A stretch of 64,000 nucleotides of DNA from Trueperaceae bacterium (GTDB lineage: Bacteria; Deinococcota; Deinococci; Deinococcales; Trueperaceae): positions 1,728,001 through 1,792,000 of the forward strand of contig OZ243913.1 of NCBI GenBank assembly GCA_965213705.1, read 5' to 3'. The number at the start of each line of letters is the position of its first letter. The stretch's first letter is position 1. A model generated the notes under the pieces. That model ran no database searches. It was not told the DNA's origin and saw only the letters and a program-made list of their open reading frames with translations. Shown here piece by piece: positions 50,871 through 60,751 of the stretch. The translations under genes were made by a program, and so were the position numbers.

Positions 50871-51398
50871 ATGACGGAGGTGACCCCCGACGAGTCTCTC
50901 GTGCAACGCATGGCCGCTCGAGACGAAGACGCCCTGAGAGAGCTTCACCAACGCTACGCCCCTTACCTGAGCGCCGTTGCCAGGCGAATGCTGAAAGACC
51001 CCGACGAAGTTCAGCAGTGCGTGCAAGACGCGTTCGTCAACGCCTGGGACTACGCCGAACGCTACGACGTGGACAAAGCGAGCGCCAAAACTTGGCTCGT
51101 CACCATCTGTCACCGCCTCGCTATCAACCGCATTCGCGGCGGCAAACTGGACACCCTGCCGCTGCAACATTGGGACGCTCCCGTCCGCCATCCCGACCAC
51201 GTAGAAAGACTGTACGTCCAAGAAGCCGTCGCTACTTTGAGCGACGAGGACAGAGAACTTATCGAACTGGCTTTTTACCAGGGCTACTCGCACAGCCAGG
51301 TTGCCAAAGCCACCGGCAAACCGCTCGGCACCGTCAAGACGAAGCTGCGTAACGCGCTGCAAACGCTCCGTGAACACCTGACAGGAGGTGAGGCATGA
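50871..51398 (+). CDS. ECF sigma factor (SigK-like)
   Basis: 'VQDAFVNAW', 'TWLVTI', 'LAFYQGYSHSQVA..PLGTVKTKLR'. Confidence 0.93.
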   Translation: MTEVTPDESLVQRMAARDEDALRELHQRYAPYLSAVARRMLKDPDEVQQCVQDAFVNAWDYAERYDVDKASAKTWLVTICHRLAINRIRGGKLDTLPLQHWDAPVRHPDHVERLYVQEAVATLSDEDRELIELAFYQGYSHSQVAKATGKPLGTVKTKLRNALQTLREHLTGGEA

Positions 51399-52108
51399 CC
51401 GTCGACCGCGACTTACTTTTGGATTACGTCATGGGCAGCCTTACCCTGGAGCAAGAGTCCGAGGTGGCCGCTTACCTGAACCGAAACCCCGCAGAGGCTG
51501 CTTGGGTACGCGACATGTTCGAGACGTTGGCAGCGGTGGCGTTGGCCCAGGACCCGGCCGAGGTTGCCGCCGGTGCGGAGGACGCGCTGTTGGCGCGCAT
51601 TCGCGCCCGTCCTGAGTCGTCCGACGCCGCGCCCGAGCCCGCGCCGGTCGTGACCTTGCCGCGTGAAGCCGCGCCGCGCCGCTCACGCGGTGGCCCCTGG
51701 CTCGCCCTAGCTTTGGCCGCAGCCCTCGCCGTCGTTGCCTGGGTCGGTTTGCGGCCCGCGCTCGAGCGGTATCAGGTCGCGCAGCGTCTGGACCAGCTTT
51801 GCAGCGAAGCGGGTGTAAGGTGTGAAACGCTCGCAACCGACAGCAACCAGCCGCTCGGTACCTTGGCGCTCAAAGCCGACAACACGCTCTACGTCGTATT
51901 CGACCGCGACCCGCCCGCCGGGCAGGTCTACCAAGCCTGGGAAATCGTCGGCGGTACGCCTCAGTCTCTCGGCGTGTGGGACGGGCGCGCCCTGGCTATC
52001 GAACAGGCCGTGAGTACGGACAGCACTTTCGGGGTGTCTGTGGAGCCGCCCGGCGGCAGCCCGCAGCCGACCAGCACGCCCATCGTGGTGTTGCCCCTGG
52101 CCGGCTGA
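51395..52108 (+). CDS. Anti-sigma factor (RskA-like)
   Basis: 'DYVMGSL', one TM, 'GQVYQAW', 'FGVSVEPPGGSPQPT'. Confidence 0.9.
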   Translation: MTVDRDLLLDYVMGSLTLEQESEVAAYLNRNPAEAAWVRDMFETLAAVALAQDPAEVAAGAEDALLARIRARPESSDAAPEPAPVVTLPREAAPRRSRGGPWLALALAAALAVVAWVGLRPALERYQVAQRLDQLCSEAGVRCETLATDSNQPLGTLALKADNTLYVVFDRDPPAGQVYQAWEIVGGTPQSLGVWDGRALAIEQAVSTDSTFGVSVEPPGGSPQPTSTPIVVLPLAG

Positions 52109-52354
52109 GGACACCCCCGAGTTTTCCGGCAAGTCTTCCAGCAAGTCTCCTAGCGGGCGCTCGAGCGAGAACCCGTCTGCTTTAGCGCCCGGAGCACAAT
52201 TTCAGCCCGGAGATTTTGCTAGCCTCAAAATACTGCGCTGCGAGAAACATCCAGTTCAGTTGTAGACGTGTAAGTACGGTTTGAAAAGGCGGAAAACGAA
52301 TCCGGTTCGTTCCGCCCCGACTGCAACAAAATTTGCGAATCGAAAGGAAAAAAC

Positions 52355-53746
52355 ATGAAAAAAGGGTTACTGATTTTAAGCCTGATGCTTATGCCCGTCG
52401 TGGCATACGCACAAGACACCGGCGGCGAGACCGGTGGCGCCATGATGGGCGACATGATGGTGACGGACGGCACCTACGAGGTTCAGTTGTCCGGCAGCCA
52501 AGAAGTGCCCCCGGTGATGACCGACGCGACCGGTTCGGCAACCTTTACCCTGACGGGCGACGCTTTGAGCGTCACAGGTGACTTTGAAAACCTCAGCAGC
52601 ATGGCTATCGAAGTTGCGGGCACACCCGCTCACATCCACATGGCCCCGATGGGTGAAAACGGCCCCGTCGTCATCCCCTTGAACGTGACCCTGGCCGAAG
52701 ACGCCATGAGCGGCATCTTTAGTGTCGACGCCACGCTCACGCCCGAGCAAACCGACGCCGTCATGGCGGGCAACTTCTACATCAACGTCCACAGCGAAAT
52801 GCACCAGGGCGGCGAGCTGCGCGGTCAACTCGTCTCGAGCATGATGGGCATGGACCAGATGGGCATGAACCAGGGCATGGGTATGGCCTTCGCCGACCTA
52901 GACACCGACATGAGCGGCTCGCTGAGCGAAGACGAGTTCAACGTCGGCATGGAGTCGGGCGGTATGATGGGCGCGTTCACCGACTTCGACACCGACATGA
53001 GCGGCGACATTAGCGAAGACGAGTTCAACAGCATGTCCGGCATGATGGACATGGACGGCGGCATGATGGGTTCCGGCCTGACGGTGGTCGACCCGGACGG
53101 CAACATGGCACCTATGGTTTTCAGCGACCTCGACACCGACATGAGCGGCACCGTCGACGAGAACGAGTTCAACGCCGGTATGGAGATGTCGGGCGGCAGC
53201 ATGATGGGCACACTGGCCGACTTTGACACCGACATGAGCGGTGACTTAAGCGAAGACGAGTTCAACGCGATGAACACCGGCATGATGGACACTGGCATGA
53301 CGGACATGGGCATGATGGGCGAAACCGGCGGCGCGATGATGGACGGCATGATGGGCATGACCTTTGCCGACCTCGACACCAACGCTGACGGCGGCATCGA
53401 CCAGATGGAGTTCGACACTGCGATGGGCATGATGGACGGCATGAGCTTTGCCGACCTCGATACCGACGGCAGTGGCATTATCGACGAAATGGAATTCGAC
53501 GCCGCGATGGGCATGATGAACGACAACATGTCGGGCGACGCCCTGACGGTCGTCGGCCCTGACGGTATGCCCCTTATGACTTTTGCGGACTTTGACACCG
53601 ACATGAGCGGCACTATCGACGAGGACGAGTTCAACGCCGGTATGGAGATGTCGGGCGGCACCATGACCGGCACCTTCAGCGACTTTGACACCGACATGAG
53701 CGGCGACTTAAGCGAAGACGAATACAACGCGATGAGCCAACCGTAA
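52355..53746 (+). CDS. Secreted Met-rich protein: CHRD domain + eight EF-hand-like loops
   Basis: Signal peptide; 'LSGSQEVPP..AHIH..YINVHS..GELRGQ'; DTDxSGxxxxxE loops x8. Confidence 0.85.
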   Translation: MKKGLLILSLMLMPVVAYAQDTGGETGGAMMGDMMVTDGTYEVQLSGSQEVPPVMTDATGSATFTLTGDALSVTGDFENLSSMAIEVAGTPAHIHMAPMGENGPVVIPLNVTLAEDAMSGIFSVDATLTPEQTDAVMAGNFYINVHSEMHQGGELRGQLVSSMMGMDQMGMNQGMGMAFADLDTDMSGSLSEDEFNVGMESGGMMGAFTDFDTDMSGDISEDEFNSMSGMMDMDGGMMGSGLTVVDPDGNMAPMVFSDLDTDMSGTVDENEFNAGMEMSGGSMMGTLADFDTDMSGDLSEDEFNAMNTGMMDTGMTDMGMMGETGGAMMDGMMGMTFADLDTNADGGIDQMEFDTAMGMMDGMSFADLDTDGSGIIDEMEFDAAMGMMNDNMSGDALTVVGPDGMPLMTFADFDTDMSGTIDEDEFNAGMEMSGGTMTGTFSDFDTDMSGDLSEDEYNAMSQP

Positions 53747-53763
53747 AACACGGTTAGGCAGGC

Positions 53764-53801
53764 AAAAGCGGGACTCGGCACGTGCCGAGTCCCGCTTTTT
53801 T
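53764..53801 (+). terminator. Intrinsic terminator
   Basis: AAAAGCGGGACTCGGCACGTGCCGAGTCCCGCTTTTTT. Confidence 0.85.
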
Positions 53802-54032
53802 GTCTTGTTTTTGCCAAAGGGTTCTGCACAGGTTGTATAAGTTTGACTCGCACAAGCTCGAACCTGTCCCCAATAAAAAGGTCTCACGGGATTGTAATTG
53901 AGTCTCGGTACAACCCAAAACCCAGACGAAACTCAATTCGTACCGTTGTGGACGAGCGTACTGAAAAAAGTTTTGAGGCGTCGGGTTGGGCGCGTAGGAA
54001 CTGGGCTTCTCAGGTTCTGGGAAAAGGACTAT

Positions 54033-55446
54033 TACAGAGTTTCGTCCGGGTTTCAGTGCAAGCTGAGATCCGGACGAAATTCATCTTTGTGGAAAAAGAC
54101 GATGTGCAAGGGATAATAAGGCATCGTCACCGCCGACGAGAGGTGCGTACTGAGTGACTACAAGAAAAGAAGCGAGGTGCTCAAGCGCGGTTGAGAAGGT
54201 TCGGGGTCCGGGTCTACCCTTGGTATGGGTTTGACCCAACCGGGTAAGAAAGTCGAGCGCTTCATCCTCCTCGGCTACACCCAGGTCGTGCAAGAACGCC
54301 GCGGCTATCCAGGCGAAAGCTACAAGCGTCTTCAAAGCTTCAAACGACATGAGTTGCACAGTTTCCCAACCAAGACTCGACTTCGACCAGGCGAACAGGT
54401 CTTCTATCGCCCAGCGCTGCCGGTAGGTTTTCAAGAGACGTTCGAGCAGTTGCTGCTCTTCACCCTCGCGCAGCGTGAGGTTGGTGATGAGCACCCAACC
54501 TTTAGTTTTAAGCTTGGAGCGGACTTGCGCCACACATACCTCAAGCCCGAGCGCGTCTGCAAGCTCAACTTGAACCGCCGCTATAGCAACCGGCACAGGC
54601 TCGTGTTTGTGGCGTTTAGCGCTCGGGTCGAGCAAGCGTTTTTCGAGACTGGCGTTCGCCAGTAAAGGTGCAGACCCTAGCACCTTTGTAAGGTTGCTGG
54701 GGCGGTTGTTGAGCAGACACTTACGTTTCATGTGCTGCACGCGGGTCACGAAGCAGTCCCCCTTTTGGTGAATGTGCCGCATCAGCTTGAGGTTGTCGCC
54801 GGCCCTGTCGACAACCCACAGCAACCTACCTACCCCTTGAGCACGGAGCGCAGCCGTAACAGCGTCGATGGCTTGGCAATACGCTACGTTTGCGCTTTTG
54901 AAGCCCGGTTCCAGGGTAGAAAAGCTGTGGTGATAGACAATCGCCCTGACGCCACTCTCGCCGATAGCCAGCACGTTCAAGGTGTGAAAGCCTGAGACGG
55001 GTTCGCCTTCCAAACTTCTGACCGTGTCCAGGTGTTCCAAACAGCTTGCAAACGGTTTACGCAGGTCGCTTTCGTCCATAATCAGTAGCACCTCGTGTTC
55101 ACCCTGCAGGCGTTTAGCACCTTCTTTTGTCAACTGAGTCGTAAGACGGTCTGCACTCAGGTCAGCCCGGTCATTCTGGTTATGCACCAGGCGACGGACG
55201 CGCCTTTCGGCGTGCAAGCTCGTTCCCAAGCTGCTACTGCTTTTGGCAATTCGGCTAACCCTCAAATCCCCGCTGCCGATAATGCCCTGCAACGTACCCA
55301 CAAAACCATCGAATAACCTTCTGTCCTTGAACAAGTCTTTGTAACCAGCAGCGAACGTTTCCAGTTTGGATAGCTTTGTTTGCATAATGCTCTGGTTATA
55401 CAGACTTTTGTCCGGTCAACAGTGCAACCTCTTGACGAATGCTGCA
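54033..55446 (-). mobile_element. Insertion sequence (IS4/IS701-like); ends approximate
   Basis: Transposase flanked by related hairpin repeats at 54033-54082 and 55399-55446; lower GC; no CTCGAG seen inside. Confidence 0.65.
54081..55385 (-). CDS. DDE transposase, IS4-like
   Basis: MDESD, VDRAGD, Y-2-R-3-E-6-K (YRQRWAIEDLFAWSK). Confidence 0.9.
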   Translation of the reverse strand: MQTKLSKLETFAAGYKDLFKDRRLFDGFVGTLQGIIGSGDLRVSRIAKSSSSLGTSLHAERRVRRLVHNQNDRADLSADRLTTQLTKEGAKRLQGEHEVLLIMDESDLRKPFASCLEHLDTVRSLEGEPVSGFHTLNVLAIGESGVRAIVYHHSFSTLEPGFKSANVAYCQAIDAVTAALRAQGVGRLLWVVDRAGDNLKLMRHIHQKGDCFVTRVQHMKRKCLLNNRPSNLTKVLGSAPLLANASLEKRLLDPSAKRHKHEPVPVAIAAVQVELADALGLEVCVAQVRSKLKTKGWVLITNLTLREGEEQQLLERLLKTYRQRWAIEDLFAWSKSSLGWETVQLMSFEALKTLVAFAWIAAAFLHDLGVAEEDEALDFLTRLGQTHTKGRPGPRTFSTALEHLASFLVVTQYAPLVGGDDALLSLAHRLFPQR

Positions 55447-55506
55447 TACCGGGCTACACTATCTTTTATCAGCGCTCACGAGGCGCTTCTTTTTTTGCCT
55501 ATTTTT

Positions 55507-56259
55507 CTAAAACGTGTAGCGTCCACCCTCTTCTGCCTTCGTGGTGTTGGCGAAAAGTTCTCGAGCCTTTTCTACCGCAGCGGCGGTCAGCCTGTCTTCG
55601 GGGGGTAGGTGAACGAGCAGCAGGCGCTGGGCTCGAGCTTGGGCGGCGGCTCGAGCTGCGTCCGCCGCACCGCTGTGGCCGGGGCCGTCGCCGGTCGCCT
55701 CGTGAACGAAAATAGCTGCGCCGGTGCCGAGCCGGACGATTGCCTCGGTGGGTTCGGTGTCGCAGGAGTAGGCGACGGTGTTGCCGCCTTGCCGGTCTGT
55801 GACGCGCAAGCCGATGACGGGCACCGGGTGAACGCCGGGCGCGGCGGTAACCTCCCAGTGCTCGTCGCTGAAAACCACGGCACCCTCTTCGTGGGCCACT
55901 TCGTTCCAGACGATACCCGGGTAACCCGTCCAGTCGCTCGTGTCGAAGGTGTCGTGCATCCGCCGCGCCTGGGACAGGGCGGCGGCAATCCCGTAGACGG
56001 GCAGCGGGTCGCGGCGGCCGAGCAGCCAGATTTTTTCCATAAACAATGGAAAGCCGCTGACGTGGTCGGCGTGTTCGTGGGTGACGACGAGGGCTGAGAG
56101 CTTGTCCAAGTCCGCCCCGGAAGCCATGAGTCGCTGCACCGCGTCGCCGCCGCAGTCTATGACGATAAGCGAGCGTTCGTTCTCGAGCGCCAACATCGTG
56201 GTGGTGCGGTGCGGGTCGCTCACCGCCGCGCCGGTGCCGAGGGTGTACAAAACGGCCAT
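55507..56259 (-). CDS. MBL-fold metallohydrolase (RNase Z/BN-like)
   Basis: LGTG, IDCG, THEHADH, YSCDT, HEAT, LVH; SD AGGAGG. Confidence 0.88.
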   Translation of the reverse strand: MAVLYTLGTGAAVSDPHRTTTMLALENERSLIVIDCGGDAVQRLMASGADLDKLSALVVTHEHADHVSGFPLFMEKIWLLGRRDPLPVYGIAAALSQARRMHDTFDTSDWTGYPGIVWNEVAHEEGAVVFSDEHWEVTAAPGVHPVPVIGLRVTDRQGGNTVAYSCDTEPTEAIVRLGTGAAIFVHEATGDGPGHSGAADAARAAAQARAQRLLLVHLPPEDRLTAAAVEKARELFANTTKAEEGGRYTF

Positions 56260-56311
56260 GTTCAAGACCTCCTGTAGCTATCTTAAGGCTCGAGCCTTGT
56301 TTTGTCCGCAA

Positions 56312-56381
56312 CCAAGTTTGGACAGCCAAGTTTGGACAGCCAAGTTTGGGCGGACAAGTTTAGGCAGCCAAGTTTCGTCGG
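56312..56381. repeat. Five 14-nt tandem copies (CCAAGTTTGGACAG)
   Basis: ccaagtttggacag x2, ccaagtttgggcgg, acaagtttaggcag, ccaagtttcgtcgg. Confidence 0.9.
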
Positions 56382-56415
56382 ATGTGGGGGCGGTTAGTCC
56401 GAAACGGCCTTGGCG

Positions 56416-57192
56416 CTACGTTCGTTTTCCGTAGCGGTTCAGGGCCAGTTCGAGCCCTTCGGGGGTGCCGACGTCGAGAAACGTTCCCGTCTCGAACACC
56501 TGGGTTTGCAGCTCGAGCCCCGCCGCCAGCGCCGCCAGAAAGACGGGCGCGAGTTGCGCTTCCGGTACGTCGCCCGTGAGAGCGAGGTTTTCGAGATGAG
56601 CGTGCAAGAACTCCGTGAAGCGCGGCGACCACAGCGCCAAACCCCAACTCAGGGTGAGACGGGTCTCGAGCGGCTTGACGACGATGTCGTGCACGCGGCC
56701 GTTCGCGTCTACCGCAACCATGTCGGAGCGTTCGGGCGCGCTGGCGGGAAACAGGCCGAGCACGACGTCGGCTCCGGTCGCGGTAAGCCGGTCGCGCAAG
56801 CGCCGAAACACGTCCGGGGGTTCGTAGACGATGTCCGGGAATCCGAGGGCTATGTGCGCGTCTTTGACAAACCCGTAGGCCGAGTCGAGGCTGTAGGGTA
56901 CGCCGTGGGGCAACTTGGCGAGCGTGTAAGCAATGTCGAGGTCGAAGTCGCCGCCGTCCCGGTAGTACGCCGGAATGTCCCACTTGCCCGGCCGCAGCAC
57001 CATCACGACCTTGTGGATGCCGGCGTTGCGGAAGGTCTCGAGCAGGTAGTGGCTCACCACTTTGGCCTGGAGCGTGCCGTCCGGCAGCGCGCGAAAGCCG
57101 AGCGGCAACAACTCTTTGCTGCCCGGTAAACGCCCCAACCGCGTCGCCCGCCCCGCCATCGGGACGAGGCCGATGATGTCGGTTATTGCCAT
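56416..57192 (-). CDS. Sugar-phosphate nucleotidyltransferase (dTDP-glucose pyrophosphorylase-like)
   Basis: 'PMAGRATRL..SKELLP', 'GFPD', 'LDVGTPE'. Confidence 0.85.
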   Translation of the reverse strand: MAITDIIGLVPMAGRATRLGRLPGSKELLPLGFRALPDGTLQAKVVSHYLLETFRNAGIHKVVMVLRPGKWDIPAYYRDGGDFDLDIAYTLAKLPHGVPYSLDSAYGFVKDAHIALGFPDIVYEPPDVFRRLRDRLTATGADVVLGLFPASAPERSDMVAVDANGRVHDIVVKPLETRLTLSWGLALWSPRFTEFLHAHLENLALTGDVPEAQLAPVFLAALAAGLELQTQVFETGTFLDVGTPEGLELALNRYGKRT

Positions 57193-57259
57193 ACCTCATT
57201 CTACGCAGTACCGACCAAAAAGGCCGAGCGCGAACTCGGCCTTTTCAAAACTCTTGTGC

Positions 57260-58069
57260 CTACTCGTTCTCGGCCGCCGTGGTGCCCGTAAACGAGGGTG
57301 CGTCACTGGCGGGAAAACTCTCTAAACTGGCTTCGGTGACCTCGTTGGGTTGGTCCTCCAGCGACGTTTTCAAACGGTTCAGGTCGTCGCGGATTTGCAC
57401 ACTCGGGGCTTCGCCGAACAACCGCGCCACGGCCGCGCCGAGCCGTCCTGCGGGCGGGTTGTAGGTGAGTTTGACCTCGACCTCGGTGCCGCCCGCCACT
57501 TCTTTGAAGCGCACCGCGCCCGCGTTGGCAACCGTCGAGTGCGGCAAGGAGCGCCAACTGATGAGTTCGCCGCGCTTGTCGCCGACAATCTCGGCGTCCC
57601 AGGTCACGTCCAGACCTGCCGGACCCTTGGCCCGCCAGTGCGAAGTGCCGTTGGGCAGCGTCTTGACCGACTCCAGGTGACTCATGAACTGCGGCAGGTT
57701 TTCAAAGTGTCGCCAGAAGTCGTAGAGGTCTTCGGGGCTGCGGTTAATCGTCACGCTTTCCTCAACGTGGACACCCTGATGCTGCGAAACCGCGTAGGGC
57801 CGCCGCGTGGGGCGCGAGCCGGTGTCGATACCGAGCGCGTTGTAGAGTTCGCAGTGACCGCTCACGCCCCGGTAAACGAGGTAACCACCGAGCGCGCCCA
57901 GCAGCACGCTCGATGCGGAGCGTTGCCGCAGAGCCGACACGAGCAGCGCGCCCCCCGCCGCCGACGACAGCAAGCGCTCGGCCCCACCAACGTTACTGTC
58001 CATGACCGCCGGATTGGGGTCGTTCTCCCTAGCCCACTGGCGAAAAGCTCTGTCCGGTTCTTGCATCAT
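57260..58069 (-). CDS. YgaP/DUF2892 TM + SRPBCC (cyclase/dehydrase-like) protein
   Basis: 'NVGGAER', 'RGVSGHC', 'FENLPQFMSH', 'ESFPASD'. Confidence 0.88.
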   Translation of the reverse strand: MMQEPDRAFRQWARENDPNPAVMDSNVGGAERLLSSAAGGALLVSALRQRSASSVLLGALGGYLVYRGVSGHCELYNALGIDTGSRPTRRPYAVSQHQGVHVEESVTINRSPEDLYDFWRHFENLPQFMSHLESVKTLPNGTSHWRAKGPAGLDVTWDAEIVGDKRGELISWRSLPHSTVANAGAVRFKEVAGGTEVEVKLTYNPPAGRLGAAVARLFGEAPSVQIRDDLNRLKTSLEDQPNEVTEASLESFPASDAPSFTGTTAAENE

Positions 58070-58219
58070 TGGTTTGCCCCGTTCCGCTCAGCGCTTTGAG
58101 GCCGAGCCCTTTGAGTCGAGCATAGATTAAGGCCGGTGGATAAGTTTGTTCTATGTGGCACGAAGTGAAAGTTGTGTTGCATTTTGAACAGCGTAACAGT
58201 ACAGACGGCTAAATACACT

Positions 58220-58522
58220 TCATAACCCGCTGTTTAAGAAGTGAGAAAATCTTTGCCAAAAAGTAGGGTCATACATACTCGCTTTATTCTCAAAATCCAA
58301 CTCTGTGCCGACTTGTTCTATCTTTTTGACCAAGCTGTGACTCAATGTCAGTTTTTCCTCCAGCAGGTACAGACCAAAAAGCTCGTAAGCTATTTCTAAC
58401 TCCGCGTGATTGATGTAATGCTGGACGCTCGAATTTAAATCGGCGGGTAATTCGAGCATTAGGTTGTCAAGTATGATTCCACTTCGGTTTTCTATCTCCT
58501 TATAGTGTTTGGAACTTAACAC
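58220..58522 (-). CDS. AT-rich orphan protein, MafI-like immunity candidate
   Basis: Markedly lower GC; 'HYINHAELEIAYELFGLYLLEE'; SD GAGG. Confidence 0.5.
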   Translation of the reverse strand: MLSSKHYKEIENRSGIILDNLMLELPADLNSSVQHYINHAELEIAYELFGLYLLEEKLTLSHSLVKKIEQVGTELDFENKASMYDPTFWQRFSHFLNSGL

Positions 58523-58551
58523 GGTTTCCTCTCGAGTCCCAACGACTTGCC

Positions 58552-59310
58552 TCAGCCCCCTAACCGCTTCACCTCCACGGCCGCCCCCACCATCCCCGCC
58601 TCGTTGAGCAAAATAGCGGCCACGACCGGCGTTTTGGTGTCTAAGTAGGGGAAAAACTGGTCGCTCTTTTTGCTCACGCCGCCGCCGATGATGAACAGGT
58701 CGGGGGAGAACAAGAATTCTAAGTGGTTGAGGTACTTGTTGACCCGTTTACCCCACTTTTTCCAGCTCATGTCTTTGTCTTCTCGAGCCTTCGCCGAGGT
58801 GCGCGGCTCGACCTCTTTGCCGCCGAGTTCCATGTGGCCCAGTTCGGTGTTGGGGACGAGCACGCCGTCGTTAAACAGCGCCGTGCCGATGCCGGTGCCG
58901 AAGGTCAGCATGAACACGACGCCCTCTTGGTCCTTGCCCGCGCCGAAGGCCATCTCGGCCACGCCCGCCGCGTCCGCGTCGTTGAGGACGTGGACTTTTT
59001 GGCCGGTCACTTTCTCGAACAGCGCGTCGGCGTCGGTGCCTATCCAACTCTTGTCGACGTTGGCAGCGCTGTAGACCACGCCGCGCCGCACCACCGCCGG
59101 AAAGGTGCAGCCGACGTCGCCCGTGTAGTCGAAGTGCCCGACGATTTCTTTGACGGTTTCGGCGACGGCCTGCGGGGTGGCGGGTTGTGGCGTCGGGATG
59201 CGGTGGCGGTCGGTGGTTAGCTCACCCTTTTCGGGATTCACGAGCGCACCTTTGATGCCCGAGCCGCCGATGTCGATGCCGAGAAGAACAGAAGGTTTTT
59301 TGCGTGCCAT
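58552..59310 (-). CDS. ppgK: Polyphosphate glucokinase (ROK family)
   Basis: [39 protein letters not shown]. Confidence 0.93.
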   Translation of the reverse strand: MARKKPSVLLGIDIGGSGIKGALVNPEKGELTTDRHRIPTPQPATPQAVAETVKEIVGHFDYTGDVGCTFPAVVRRGVVYSAANVDKSWIGTDADALFEKVTGQKVHVLNDADAAGVAEMAFGAGKDQEGVVFMLTFGTGIGTALFNDGVLVPNTELGHMELGGKEVEPRTSAKAREDKDMSWKKWGKRVNKYLNHLEFLFSPDLFIIGGGVSKKSDQFFPYLDTKTPVVAAILLNEAGMVGAAVEVKRLGG

Positions 59311-59456
59311 GAGTTGAAGTGTAGCAGATTGACCGCTTTGGCCCGAGGTCGTGTCAAAAAGCGTGCTTTGTCTTGCAAGGTGTTGCGCCGGTCACGCAAA
59401 CACGCCCCGATAAGGGCACGCAGTTTTTCCAAGCCGGCAAGCAGGGGAGGGCGGTG

Positions 59457-59729
59457 TCAGCTCCGCGCGTTGTCCTGGAGCATGGCCGACAGGGTTTGCT
59501 CCTTTTGCTCTTTGGGGTGAACCTGCAGCTCGAGCCCCAACGCGTCCAAAACATCGAGAAGCAAACCCGGTACTTCTCCTTCCAACCCGGACTGAAGGCG
59601 GTCGATTTGCGTTTGGTCGACGCCCAAGTCTTGGGCCAGCTCGCGAGCGGTCTTGTTTTGCGAGGCGAGCGCGGACTTAATGGCGTTTCTCACGGCTTCG
59701 TTGGTCGCGTTCCCAGCTGCGTTTTTCAT
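59457..59729 (-). CDS. XRE-family HTH protein
   Basis: 'TARELAQDLGVDQTQIDRL', 'VLDALGLEL'; TATGAT-N6-ATG. Confidence 0.75.
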   Translation of the reverse strand: MKNAAGNATNEAVRNAIKSALASQNKTARELAQDLGVDQTQIDRLQSGLEGEVPGLLLDVLDALGLELQVHPKEQKEQTLSAMLQDNARS

Positions 59730-59921
59730 TGGACCATCATAAGCCGTCCGCACAGCAGAGCGTGGCGAAGCAAGGGTCGTATCGCGGTACAGGGTGTGGT
59801 GAAGTGTGGGACTCAGGCCAACCTTCAGCGCCGCCCTGAGGTTTAGACTATGTTTCGAGTTGGGTATGGCAGCAAGTTCGGTATCTCCACTACTTCATCT
59901 TCACCACTTCGAGAGGACGAC

Positions 59922-60293
59922 GTGAGCGCCAAAAACGTACTTGGGAACGACCTAGAACCCTGTTCTAACAACCCCGTGACGGGCTTTTACCGCACCGGCA
60001 GCTGCGAGACGGGGCCGGAAGACCGCGGCGTCCACGTTGTTTGTGCCCGCGTGACGAAAGAGTTTTTGCAGTTCAGCCTCGCGCAGGGCAACGACCTCGT
60101 CACCCCGCGCCCCGAGTTCGGCTTTCCGGGTCTCGAGCCCGGCGACCGCTGGTGTCTTTGCGCCGAGCGTTGGCGCGAGGCGTTGAGCGCAGGCGTCGCG
60201 CCGCCCGTCGCGCTCGCCGCCACCCACGCTGCGGCGCTGCGGGTGGTTTCGCTCGAGGACCTACAAGCTCACGCAGCGCCCGACGAAAGCTAG
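59922..60293 (+). CDS. DUF2237-family protein
   Basis: 'NVLGNDLEPCS..PVTGFYR.G.C', 'GNDLVTP', 'GDRWCLCA.RW'. Confidence 0.9.
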   Translation: MSAKNVLGNDLEPCSNNPVTGFYRTGSCETGPEDRGVHVVCARVTKEFLQFSLAQGNDLVTPRPEFGFPGLEPGDRWCLCAERWREALSAGVAPPVALAATHAAALRVVSLEDLQAHAAPDES

Positions 60294-60445
60294 CCTTCGC
60301 TCGAGGTTTGCACTTCTCCGGCCCAGCACGGTATCGGCACTACTTCGACGTTTTCCGGTCTTGGCCTCGTCAAAGCTTGTGTGCTACACTGGCAAGGTTG
60401 ACTTTACGGGCTCCGCACAGGTGCTCACCCAGAGGTGATTGAAAA

Positions 60446-60673
60446 ATGGCGAAAGTATGTTCTATCTGCGGCAAAGGCCCCATCGTCCGCAACCAACTCG
60501 TGCAGTCGGGCAAAGCTAAAAGCAAGGGCGGCGTCGGTCGCAAGACGACCGGCATCACCAAGACCTGGAAGTACCCGAACCTTCAAAAAGTCAAGGTGTG
60601 GCGCGACGGCAACGCCCAGGCGCAGCGCGTCTGCACCTCGTGTATCCGCGAGGGCAAAACGCTCGCGGCTTAA
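60446..60673 (+). CDS. rpmB: 50S ribosomal protein L28 (Zn-ribbon type)
   Basis: [28 protein letters not shown]. Confidence 0.95.
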   Translation: MAKVCSICGKGPIVRNQLVQSGKAKSKGGVGRKTTGITKTWKYPNLQKVKVWRDGNAQAQRVCTSCIREGKTLAA

Positions 60674-60713
60674 ACCCTGTACAAATCAAACCCTGTACAA
60701 AAGCTTAAAGACC

Positions 60714-60751
60714 AAAGCGAGCCGAGGTGAACGCCTCGGCCTTCGCTTTTC
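60714..60751 (+). terminator. Intrinsic terminator after rpmB
   Basis: AAAGCGAGCCGAGG..CCTCGGCCTTCGCTTTT. Confidence 0.7.

Noticed and set aside
56312..56381. Possible CRISPR array (also 431-482 and 14525-14580)
   Set aside because: Units are 13-14 nt and adjacent with no unique spacers; no cas genes in the window
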